From Candidatus Binatia bacterium (GTDB lineage Bacteria; Desulfobacterota; Binatia; Bin18), in the NCBI GenBank assembly GCA_963664395.2, contig OY761159.2:3648001-3712000 (forward strand): DNA of 64,000 bases. Direction: 5' to 3'. The notes beneath the pieces were generated by a model. It did no database searches. It saw nothing but the letters and a program-made list of their open reading frames with translations, and had not been told where the DNA came from. Numbering within the stretch: the first letter of the stretch is position 1; each line of letters opens with the position of its first letter. A program made the translations under genes and the position numbers. Of this stretch, positions 50,885-59,561 are shown piece after piece.

Positions 50885-51898
50885 CTAAAACAATCCTAGT
50901 ACTGCCGCGCTAATTTTTTGCGGGTTGGGCAAATAGTGGTCTTCCAACGGTGGGCTGAATGGCACCGGGGTGTGTGGAGCACACACTATTTTTATGGGCG
51001 CGTTCAGGTAATCAAACCCCTTGTCCGCGACCATAGCCGCAATATCGGTTGCCACGTTACAGCGCGGGTGCGATTCATCGACGATCACCAGTCGGCCCGT
51101 CTTCTCAACCGATGTCAGCACCGCCTCCTCGTCAAAGGGCGAGAGAGTCCGAGGATCAATAACCTCAACGCTTTTGCCCTGCTTTTCCAGCTCCGCGGCC
51201 GCGGCCAGGGAGTGATGCACCATCTTGCCCATAGCCACGATAGTGACATCATCGCCGGCGCGCTTAATGTCTGCTTTGCCGAACGGAATGGTGTAGTCTT
51301 CTTCTGGAACGACTCCCTTCATTGCGCCAAACGTGATGTCCTCAAAGAAAATAACCAGATCGTCATCCCGGATCGCCGAAATCAAGAGTCCTTTGGCGTC
51401 ATACGGCGTCGAGGGGACGACCGTCTTGAGCCCTGGGATATGGGTAAAGAGTGAGTGCAACACCTGAGAGTGTTGGGCCGCGGCGCGGTAGCCGCCTCCG
51501 CAGATGGTCCGAATAACCAGCGGGACTTTCGCTTTGCCGCCAAACATATAGCGGAGTTTTGCGCCCTGGTTCAGGAGTTGGTCAAAACACACGCCCATAA
51601 AACCGACGAACATCATCTCGGCAATAGGCCGCAGGCCAGTGACCGCGGCGCCCACCGCCGCGCCAATAAAACCGGACTCGCTGATGGGTGTATCGATAAT
51701 GCGCTCCCGACCAAATTCCTGGACCAAGCCTTTTGTCACGCCCAGGACTCCGCCCCAGGCTTCACCACCTTCGAGGTGATCGACATCGGCCCCGCCCGCA
51801 ACGTCCTCTCCCATTAAGATCACTTTCGGGTCGCGTCGCATTTCCTGACGCATGGCTTCATTCAGCGCTTCACCAAAATTCAACTCTCGCTCTGCCAT
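50885..51898 (-). CDS. acoB: Acetoin dehydrogenase E1 beta subunit
   Basis: DTPISE, AAAQHSQ, PFSP.LE. Confidence 0.88.
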   Translation of the reverse strand: MAERELNFGEALNEAMRQEMRRDPKVILMGEDVAGGADVDHLEGGEAWGGVLGVTKGLVQEFGRERIIDTPISESGFIGAAVGAAVTGLRPIAEMMFVGFMGVCFDQLLNQGAKLRYMFGGKAKVPLVIRTICGGGYRAAAQHSQVLHSLFTHIPGLKTVVPSTPYDAKGLLISAIRDDDLVIFFEDITFGAMKGVVPEEDYTIPFGKADIKRAGDDVTIVAMGKMVHHSLAAAAELEKQGKSVEVIDPRTLSPFDEEAVLTSVEKTGRLVIVDESHPRCNVATDIAAMVADKGFDYLNAPIKIVCAPHTPVPFSPPLEDHYLPNPQKISAAVLGLF

Positions 51899-51969
51899 AA
51901 TTTTTCTCCGCAAGGGGATTAGGGGTGGGTTTCTATCTGCCCCAATCCCTAATGCCCAGTTCCCAGCCC

Positions 51970-52938
51970 CTAGTAATTCACATACACGTCAGTGAAGGTT
52001 TCCTGGACTTCGGGAAAGGGGCTGTCTTCCGCGAATGTGACCGCTCCATCAATTGCTGCATTGACCCGTTCATCGATGCCCCCAAGCTCGTCTTCGGACA
52101 CCAGGCCACGAGCCAGGACGGCCTTTTTGAAGAGCTTGATCGGATCGAGTTCGGTGCGGTATTTGTCGTTTTCCGCGGCAATTTTATAGGTCTGCGCATC
52201 GCCTTCAAAGTGGCCGAAGTGACGATAGGTCTTACACTCCACCAGGCTCGGCCCTTGTCCGGCCCGGGCGCGCGCAATCGCCTCATGCGCCGATTCATAC
52301 ACGGCAGCCAGGTCGTTCCCGTCTATGGTCACGCCCGGCATATTATACGCTGCGGCGCGGTCGGCGATATTCTCGACGCTGCAATGATAATGCGACGGCG
52401 TGGCCTCGGCATAGCCGTTATTCTCGGCCACAAAAATGACCGGCAGCTTCCAGATTGCGGCCAGGTTGAGGCTCTCGTGCAAGGTGCCCTGTTCCGACGC
52501 CCCGTCACCAAAGAAGCAGATGGTCACCTGGTCAGTCCCGTTGGTTTTTGCCGTCAGGCCGGACCCACAGGCCAGCGGCGGGCCGCCTCCGACGATACCG
52601 TTGGCCCCCAACATGCCTTTGTCCATATCGGCAATATGCATGGAGCCACCTTTGCCCTTGCAAATCCCCGTGGCCTTGCCGAACAGCTCAGCCATCATGC
52701 CCCGCACGTCCACCCCTTTTGCAATACAGTGGCCATGTCCGCGATGGGTCGAGGTCATATAGTCAGCGTCCGTGAGATGGGCACAAATCCCGACAGCTAT
52801 GGCTTCTTCCCCGGCATAGAGATGCACAAAGCCCGGGATTTTCCCCTTCCCGAACTCAGTACTGACCCTGGTTTCAAACACACGGATGAGCTGCATACGC
52901 TCATAGACCCACAGGAGCTTGTCTTTGGGAATATCCAT
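51970..52938 (-). CDS. acoA: Acetoin dehydrogenase E1 alpha subunit (TPP-dependent)
   Basis: IPGFVHLYAGEEA, STHRGHGH, GDGA...N, GHFEGD; ATG 52938 with GGAGG RBS. Confidence 0.9.
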   Translation of the reverse strand: MDIPKDKLLWVYERMQLIRVFETRVSTEFGKGKIPGFVHLYAGEEAIAVGICAHLTDADYMTSTHRGHGHCIAKGVDVRGMMAELFGKATGICKGKGGSMHIADMDKGMLGANGIVGGGPPLACGSGLTAKTNGTDQVTICFFGDGASEQGTLHESLNLAAIWKLPVIFVAENNGYAEATPSHYHCSVENIADRAAAYNMPGVTIDGNDLAAVYESAHEAIARARAGQGPSLVECKTYRHFGHFEGDAQTYKIAAENDKYRTELDPIKLFKKAVLARGLVSEDELGGIDERVNAAIDGAVTFAEDSPFPEVQETFTDVYVNY

Positions 52939-53033
52939 ACCGCCCTCCTTTTCCAGTAATTCTGTACCGGCTTCATAACACGAAACGCGGACAGGGGAAA
53001 CAGAATGGGCGGATGAGGGGCGAGAAGTGTCCA

Positions 53034-53192
53034 TCCCCTCTTGGGAGGGGTGGCGCGTAGCGCCGGGGCGGGTTGTCCCATCCTTAGGGAGTGCGGGCAT
53101 CCTGCCCGCATTTATACCTGTCGGATTGCGTGGGGATGGACGTAAGCCGGGGACCCCCTCACCCTGGCCCTCTCCCCCACAGAGGCGAGGGG
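53034..53192. repeat. Cluster of three different REP-like palindromes (families B, C, A)
   Basis: 53034-53079, 53087-53110 and 53154-53192 each have relatives elsewhere in the window. Confidence 0.75.
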
Positions 53193-53275
53193 ATAAGATG
53201 GGGGCGAGGCGAGGCTGGGAGAAGCGTTGTTCTAGCGCGAGGTGGTGAGATGTGATGAATGGGAGAGGGTCTACC

Positions 53276-53434
53276 ATGGGAAAGATACGCCTCAGCGAAA
53301 GCGACGTTTGCGCCAAGTTCATCACGCCGGCCCTGCACCAAGCCGGGTGGGACGAGGCCACGCAAATTCGCCGCGAGGTCAGCTTCTTGAGGGTGAGGGT
53401 CGGTGTTGACAACACCTATCTGAGCCACCTATAG
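53276..53434 (+). pseudogene. hsdR: 5' fragment of a type I restriction subunit (EcoAI/EcoEI-like HsdR)
   Basis: LSESDVCAKFITPALHQAGWD...QIRREVSF matches the HsdR N-terminus; similarity ends after about 37 codons. Confidence 0.75.
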
Positions 53435-53435
53435 C
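53406..53435 (+). promoter_or_regulatory. sigma70-like promoter TTGACA-N18-TATAGC
   Basis: Just upstream of the three-gene operon. Confidence 0.45.
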
Positions 53436-53444
53436 CTGAGATGT

Positions 53445-54230
53445 ATGATTAAAGGGATACAAATAGGCGAGACGGCTTATGTCATGACGGCATTGTCCAT
53501 ACATTTCAGGACGACAAGTGCGTTCTTCCGAGAAAAAGATGCTGTCCTCGCTGACCATTCACCGAAACCATTTCCTCACTTCTCCCGGGGTGATCGTGAC
53601 TTTAATCTTATCGACATGGAAAAGCGTACGGTCGTAAGGTTCGAACCAAATCGTGCTGTAGCCAGATCGGAAGGCCAAGACAGTCTTGACCGGTTTCAAA
53701 CAGTAGTAGATGTACTGCGCGAGATTGTGAATCGATTCCAGATACAGGACATCTTTCAAATTCTTCTACACGATATACGGTGTGTTCCTACTAAGAATAT
53801 TAGGAAGGCCCGCGATTTCTTCTGTGAGCAGTTCTGCACGGAAAAGGGAATGTCGATTCTTGACGACGACATGACCCGTGACTACTCAACAACCGTTGAG
53901 CGAAAATGGCTTTTGAACAATAAGATGCAGGAGCAGAAGGTAAAAAGGGAATGTGAAGTTGAAGCGAGTGGAGTAGTTCTGGTTGGTCCGGCCACAAGGG
54001 ATGAGATCGCTGACAAGAGATGGATTGAATTCCACGATGCCGCGGATAACAATCTCTACAAGGCTCCAAATCTCTCGCCATCGGCAGGGGTGCTTGCCAA
54101 TATGGAGATGTACGCTCAGCCATACGAGGGAGGTTCGCAGAAATTTATGATGGTTGAAACATTGGATGCGTTCTATAGATGGGCTGTGGGACAGACAGAC
54201 TCTGTCTGGAAACGAATTGTTACTTCGTAA
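53445..54230 (+). CDS. Hypothetical protein (261 aa; alpha/beta, loosely TIGR04255-like)
   Basis: Long ORF in an AT-richer segment; family resemblance is only a pattern impression. Confidence 0.7.
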   Translation: MIKGIQIGETAYVMTALSIHFRTTSAFFREKDAVLADHSPKPFPHFSRGDRDFNLIDMEKRTVVRFEPNRAVARSEGQDSLDRFQTVVDVLREIVNRFQIQDIFQILLHDIRCVPTKNIRKARDFFCEQFCTEKGMSILDDDMTRDYSTTVERKWLLNNKMQEQKVKRECEVEASGVVLVGPATRDEIADKRWIEFHDAADNNLYKAPNLSPSAGVLANMEMYAQPYEGGSQKFMMVETLDAFYRWAVGQTDSVWKRIVTS

Positions 54231-54241
54231 GGAAGGCGAAC

Positions 54242-54760
54242 ATGGCTGCAGGAATGAATACAGACAAGGCTGCGGGAATGACCACCACTAACGGATGGAC
54301 CTCCTCCTCCTCTAGTGGATCGATACCGGTTGCTCTCGAAAATTTGGACAGTAAAACGTTAGACGACCCAACCGTTTCCTCAGGCTTCCAGGGCAACGGC
54401 TCTCATGAATATATGAAGGAGCAACTTGATGCCCTCAGCATGATATCGATATCACGAAAGGGAAGCCAGGAAACGGACGATATTATTTCTATTGGCGCAG
54501 TGGATGAGCCTCTGAGTCCGATGGATTTGCTATGGAGAGTCCGCGAAGATCGTATTGCAGAGATACTACTGCGGGCTGAGACGATTGAGGTGTTGGAAGC
54601 GGTTGGACAGAGGGATTTGGCTGTCATCCATTCGTCATATCAGCATCTTCATGCTTTTGCAGATCTCGTTTCAGAAGATCTGATTAGTGTTGAAGATGGC
54701 CACCCCGTTCTTACCCCTCTCGTAGAGGAACATATCCGCCTCCTGAGCGACAAGATTTAG
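54242..54760 (+). CDS. Hypothetical protein (172 aa; disordered Ser/Thr/acidic N-terminus, winged-helix-like C-terminus)
   Basis: AAGGAAGG RBS; L...DLI...G...LT.L wing pattern. Confidence 0.7.
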   Translation: MAAGMNTDKAAGMTTTNGWTSSSSSGSIPVALENLDSKTLDDPTVSSGFQGNGSHEYMKEQLDALSMISISRKGSQETDDIISIGAVDEPLSPMDLLWRVREDRIAEILLRAETIEVLEAVGQRDLAVIHSSYQHLHAFADLVSEDLISVEDGHPVLTPLVEEHIRLLSDKI

Positions 54761-54763
54761 CAG

Positions 54764-55297
54764 GTGGCTTTGAATTCCAGCCTGAAAACTGCACTTGTGC
54801 AGGCCCAAAAACGCTTCCGAGAGGTTCAATTCTACGTCCTTATCTGGGGGCCGGGGAGTACATCCGACACACCACAGCGTGAAAAGCGTGATCGTATAAG
54901 GAAAGACCTAGAACAACTGCTTGGACCAGAAAATGTCTGGTACAGCGAAGATATTTCCGAAGATAACGATCCTGAGTTGGACAGACTCCGAGAGTTGGGA
55001 GATTTGGGCTCAGAGTATGTACAGGTTCAGGCTGCTGATGCGGTAGTCCTGATACCAGAATCTCCTGGTTCTATTGCTGAGGCCGCTCTTTATCAAGACG
55101 AGTTGCGTGGCAAGACCATTGTATTTACTACGAAGCGGCAGGGCACTTCGTTTGCCAGTAACACTTACTTCATGCACAAGGTTGAGACGGTAACGGAGCG
55201 AGAATGGAGCAGCTGCCAGCGCGTTCGTCGCCTGGCAAAAAGGTTCATTAATGATCTCCGTTTTCTGAAGGCGAAGCGGCTTAGCCTGATGAACTGA
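54764..55297 (+). CDS. Nucleoside-deoxyribosyltransferase-fold protein resembling retron NDT effectors
   Basis: VLIWGPG, YSED, E......ADAVVLIPESPGSIAE motif. Confidence 0.7.
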   Translation: MALNSSLKTALVQAQKRFREVQFYVLIWGPGSTSDTPQREKRDRIRKDLEQLLGPENVWYSEDISEDNDPELDRLRELGDLGSEYVQVQAADAVVLIPESPGSIAEAALYQDELRGKTIVFTTKRQGTSFASNTYFMHKVETVTEREWSSCQRVRRLAKRFINDLRFLKAKRLSLMN

Positions 55298-55319
55298 CCA
55301 ACATGGGCTAGACATTCTC

Positions 55320-55724
55320 TCAGACCATTAGCGCTATGCCTTCCGCCTGTGCCGCTACGCTGAGTTTGCGGTCAAGGGTGGCAAGCGGCCGTTGTTGCCG
55401 GACCGCTAATTCCAGGTACAGCGCATCATACGCGCTCAAGCCGTGGGTCCTGGCCAGCCGGAGGAGGGAGGCATTGTCCGGTGCGTGGTCCAAGTGGATG
55501 CCCAGCGCGTCAATAGCCTGCACTGCGGCCGCAGTTTCCTCTTGTGTTAAGCGTCCCCTGCACTCTGCAATGACCAGGACGTTACGGACTTCCACCCACC
55601 ACAGCGCCGGAGCGATGCCGCCAATTTCCGCCACCTGCTCCAGGGCAGCACCGGCTTGGGCCGATTGCTCGTCCCTGAGCACCCAGGCCATGGTGACGGA
55701 ACTATCCAGGACGGGGGCCTTCAA
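55320..55724 (-). CDS. vapC: VapC/PIN-domain toxin
   Basis: VLDSSVTMAW, EVRN, SAYDALYLELA, LATLD; TTG start overlapping the antitoxin stop (TTGA). Confidence 0.92.
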   Translation of the reverse strand: MKAPVLDSSVTMAWVLRDEQSAQAGAALEQVAEIGGIAPALWWVEVRNVLVIAECRGRLTQEETAAAVQAIDALGIHLDHAPDNASLLRLARTHGLSAYDALYLELAVRQQRPLATLDRKLSVAAQAEGIALMV

Positions 55725-55963
55725 CGCCGACCTTCGTTGCGCATTTGAAGAATGTCCTCGGTTGTCGCCCACCCAATGCGCTTGCGCAGAGCGCGGAGGG
55801 TCGTGGCCGCGGCAACAGCGACTTCACGGTCGGGCGCTTCCGGTGGTATCAACCGGGCCACCGCGCGCCCACGTTTGGTGATGATGATGGTCTCTCCGCG
55901 CGCGACCTCGTCAAGCAATGCGGAAAGGTGGGTTTTCGCCTCGAACGTGCCGACTTCTCTCAT
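55721..55963 (-). CDS. Phd/YefM-family antitoxin
   Basis: VGTFEAKTHLSALLDEVARGETIIITKRGRAVARL. Confidence 0.93.
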   Translation of the reverse strand: MREVGTFEAKTHLSALLDEVARGETIIITKRGRAVARLIPPEAPDREVAVAAATTLRALRKRIGWATTEDILQMRNEGRR

Positions 55964-56143
55964 AATCCCTCTTGGAATAATAAGCTAGTCTATTATCTGG
56001 TTAGATAAAGGCCCATGTCAAGCCGTAGTTCGCAGGAAAAGCACCGAAACACCTGCAAAAAAGTATCGCTACTCCTGTAAGTTCGGATCTACCGAGTTGC
56101 AAAACTTCTGATTATTTATAGTCTGGGCGTGGAATGGAACTAG

Positions 56144-57869
56144 ATGATGCCTTCTCTCCTCTACGAACCTGATGAGCGCCCGCCGTATGCCTTTGCCTTT
56201 GGACTGAGCTTTCAGCGGGCCATGTTAATGGGCCCCAGCCTGGCGCTCATACCGACTATTATCATGCGGGCCGCGAATCAGGACGAGACTTATCTGTCTT
56301 GGACAATCTTCGCCCTGCTCATGGTTACTGGCGCGATCACGATAGTGCAGACGCTTCGTATCGGGCGCTTCGGCTCGGGGTATGTGCTCGTGATGGGGTC
56401 CGCTAGTGCTTTCGTCGGCGTGTGTATCCCCGCGCTCGTTGAGGGCGGCCCGTCTTTGCTGGCCAGCTTGATTATCGTTGCCGCCGTGTTTCAGTTTGTG
56501 CTGGCTGCCCGTCTCTCCTTGTTGCGGCGCTTCATCACGCCGATGGTGGCTGGAACGATCCTCACCCTGATTCCCGTTTCTGTCATGCCGGCGATCTTTC
56601 GGATGCTGACCAATGTGCCGGAGGGGACGCCGGAGGCCGCGGCCCCGACGAGTGCGGCGGTTACCTTTGCCACGGCTGTGGCGCCTCGCGCTACGCGCCT
56701 CAGAGACGTGGCGACCATGGGCGCCGCTCATCGGGGTTGTGGCCGGCTGCATGGTGGGCGTGTGGTTCGGCCTGTATGACGTAGACCGGATCCTTGCCGC
56801 CCCCTGGATCGGCTTACCGACCAACGCCTGGCCGGGAGTAGACCTGACGTTTGGCCCCGCTTTCTGATCTCTCCTGCCCGGATTCCTATTCGTGATTCTG
56901 GTCGGGACGACGGGAACCCTTAGCCATGCCGTTGCCGTGCAGCGGGTCTCGTGGCGCAAGCGACGGGCGACCGATCTCCGCTCGGTCCAGGGCGCGGTGG
57001 CCGCAGTTGGCTTGGGCAATCTGCTGTGCGGCCTCGCTGGGACGATCCCGTGCGGCACCCGCCCGTCAAGCGCGCCGCTTGTGGAGCTGACCGGCGTGGC
57101 GGCGCGTCGTGTCGGGGTGTGCATCGGCATCATCTTCCTTGCCTTGGCTTTTTTACCCAAGCTGATGGCCGTGTTGATGGCCATTCCGAGCCCGGTGGCG
57201 GCTGCCTATCTCACGGTCCTGGTCAGCCTCATCTTTGTCCAGGGCATGCAGCTCGTCCTCCAGGGTGGAAACGACTACCGCAAAACCCTGGTGGTCGGCG
57301 TGTCGTTTTGGGTCGGGGTGGGCTTCCAGTATCAGGCCATTTTCCCCGACTACCTGAGCGGGATGTGGGCGATCCTGCTCAGCAACGGTATCACCGCAGG
57401 CGGCCTTATGGTCGTCGGCTTGACCTTGTTCCTGGAGCTGACCGGCCCCCGCCGCCGCCGTCTGGACATGGAGCTGGCGGTTGCGGGCCTGCCGAAGCTG
57501 GAGGAGTTCTTATGTGCCCTTGCCGCCCGCCTGGGGTGGAGCGCGGAGGCGACCCAGCGCCTGTGCTTGATCGGCGAGGAAGCGCTGACGAGTCTGGGGC
57601 AACAGATGGACGCCAAGGCGACGGATCGTGCGAAGCCGCGTTTGCGTGTACTGGCCCGTCAGGACGGCGCTGCCGTGGAGTTGGAGTTTATAGCGGCGAT
57701 TGGTGAGGCTAACCTTGAAGACCACATCGCGCTGCTCGGGGACCAAGTGGAGACGCCCAACGAGCGCGAACTCTCGCTGCGTTTGCTGCGGCACTTCGCC
57801 TCGTCCGTGCGCCACCAACAGTACCACAACATTGATATTGTAAGCGTGCGCGTTGACGGCTCGGTGTAA
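56144..57869 (+). pseudogene. Xanthine/uracil (NCS2) permease fused to a C-terminal HATPase/anti-sigma-like domain; disrupted
   Basis: YEPDERP start, RRFITPMVAGT, ELTGVAARRVG; one extra C at about 56684 and an in-frame TGA at 56865-56867. Confidence 0.8.
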
Positions 57870-57955
57870 ACCCCGAGAGAGGGGTCAGCCGTCAGGCAGC
57901 GGTTCTCGCCGTATGGCGGGGAGAGGAAAGCGATGTTGAGGGAGGGGGTTGTTGC

Positions 57956-59341
57956 TTATTCGTCCTCGTCCGGCAGCCGGTAGGCCGTGCCGTCAATGAG
58001 GCGTTTAGTGTCGTAGTTCCAGCGGGTCATCCAGTGTTCGACCACGTGATAGGCCGGACACTGGCCCTTATCAATTTCCTCCCGCAGTCGCTCAAGATAG
58101 ATGGTCTCATTTTCTCCGGCCTCATTGCAGTCGTTCTGTCGCTCTAACCCTTCCCAGGCGATCGTAACCAGCTCTTTGGCCAGATCGAGCAGGCGTATGC
58201 CCTGCACTCGTGCGCCCAGGGCTTGGCGATGGGCTTGATGATAGGCTTCGATGCGCTCCTCCCAGCTCCACTTTTTCACCAGGTCCCAGGCGGCCAACAG
58301 TGGGTCGTTATCAAAAAAGATGCCTTTGGTGAGGGCCGGCACGGCCAGCATGTATTCAAACGGCTGGTTATCAAAGCAACGGATCTCTAGGTATTTTTTA
58401 ATCCGCACTTCCGGAAAGAGGGTCGTCAGGTGGATGCCCCAGTCTTCCATGCTGGCGCGTTCCCCTTCGTACCCCTCCTCCAGGAATTGGCGAAAGGACA
58501 TATGGGTCATATTAATCCACTGGCCTTTGCGCACAATAAAATACATGGGAACATTCAGCGCGTATTCCGCATAGTCTTCAAACCCAGGAGAGTCGGCAAA
58601 AGCGAATGGCAGCAAACCACACCGCCGTTTGTCCGTATCGGTCCAGACGTGGCCCCGCATGGTCATAAAACCGTTCAGCCTCCCATCTGAGATCGGAGAG
58701 TTGGCAAACATGGCGGACAGTATGGGTACGAGTCCCATACTCGTCTTCAGCTTCATCATGGCGTCAGTTTCGTCGCTAAAGTCGAAATTGACCTGAATGG
58801 AAGCGGTTTGCTTCATCATGCGCTGCCCCAGCGTCCCGACCTTTTCCATATACGGGCCCATGATCGAATAGCGCGTTTTAGGAATCCACTGGATGTCATC
58901 CAGTGAGCTGACCGGCTGTACTCCCAAGTTGACGAAATCAATGTCCAATTCGTCCGCAATGGGCAGCAGGTGCTTGAGATGGCGCCGGAGTTCTTTGTCC
59001 GCACAATGGATGGTCTCACACTGTTCGCCGGAGAGTTCGAGCTGAGCGCCAGGTTCAAGCGCGATATTGGCTCGCTCGCCTTGGAGGGCGATGATGCGAC
59101 CGGCTTCTTCTTGGGGCTCCCATTCCAGGGAGTCGGCCAGGCGGCTCAGGATATGCTCAATGCCGCGCCGTCCGGAGTAGCGCGCTGCCCGGCCACTCCG
59201 GCGTGATACGCCTAGCAGTTCGTACTCTGTGCCAATGCGCCAATCCTCTCGGGGCTTTGCGGCTTGAAAGAAGTATTCGATGAGTTGGGCATGGTCTTCA
59301 ATAACAAGATCCGTGTCTGGTCCTTCGATATACTGCGACAT
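57956..59341 (-). CDS. gshA: Glutamate--cysteine ligase (plant/alphaproteobacterial GCS2 type)
   Basis: IGTEYE, LEPGAQLELSG, MMKQTASIQVNFDF, HLTTLFPEVR. Confidence 0.92.
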   Translation of the reverse strand: MSQYIEGPDTDLVIEDHAQLIEYFFQAAKPREDWRIGTEYELLGVSRRSGRAARYSGRRGIEHILSRLADSLEWEPQEEAGRIIALQGERANIALEPGAQLELSGEQCETIHCADKELRRHLKHLLPIADELDIDFVNLGVQPVSSLDDIQWIPKTRYSIMGPYMEKVGTLGQRMMKQTASIQVNFDFSDETDAMMKLKTSMGLVPILSAMFANSPISDGRLNGFMTMRGHVWTDTDKRRCGLLPFAFADSPGFEDYAEYALNVPMYFIVRKGQWINMTHMSFRQFLEEGYEGERASMEDWGIHLTTLFPEVRIKKYLEIRCFDNQPFEYMLAVPALTKGIFFDNDPLLAAWDLVKKWSWEERIEAYHQAHRQALGARVQGIRLLDLAKELVTIAWEGLERQNDCNEAGENETIYLERLREEIDKGQCPAYHVVEHWMTRWNYDTKRLIDGTAYRLPDEDE

Positions 59342-59440
59342 CCGGTGACATCCTCCCCCCTCTTGAGGGCCTTACAAAAGGCGGCCCCAACGTAACCAGA
59401 CGCAGAGGCTAAGGCAAGGGGATTTCGGAACGGGAGTGGA

Positions 59441-59557
59441 GGGAGCGAAGAAGCTCTTGGAAATGTGAGACCCCAACTCGTGAGAAAGCAGGAGATACTG
59501 GGTATCCATGTCTTCACGAATATGAATGGCCTCGTCCTTGGCCTTTCGTTTGCTCCC
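59441..59557. ncRNA. Candidate structured RNA (long irregular hairpin)
   Basis: Nested complementarity GGGAGCGAA/TTTGCTCCC, GAGACC/GGCCTC, TCGTGA/TCACGA, GATAC/GTATC. Confidence 0.3.
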
Positions 59558-59561
59558 TGCA

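Noticed and set aside
52939-53415. 159-aa N-terminal extension of acoA given by the ORF track
   Set aside because: It runs through palindromic repeats and antisense to the hsdR stub; the true start is ATG 52938 with an RBS
53445-55297. Calling the NDT-containing operon a retron
   Set aside because: No reverse transcriptase (no YADD/VTG motifs) and no msr-msd-like inverted repeats nearby
56865-56867. In-frame TGA in the permease as a second selenocysteine or a sign of a reassigned genetic code
   Set aside because: Context (GPAF*SLLP) fits Trp in a membrane segment, there is no redox motif, the gene also has a frameshift, and TGA is a normal stop in many genes here
59441-59557. Identifying the hairpin as 6S or SRP RNA
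   Set aside because: Shorter than typical 6S with no clear large central bubble, and lacks the SRP GNRA-loop/CAGG-AGCA motif
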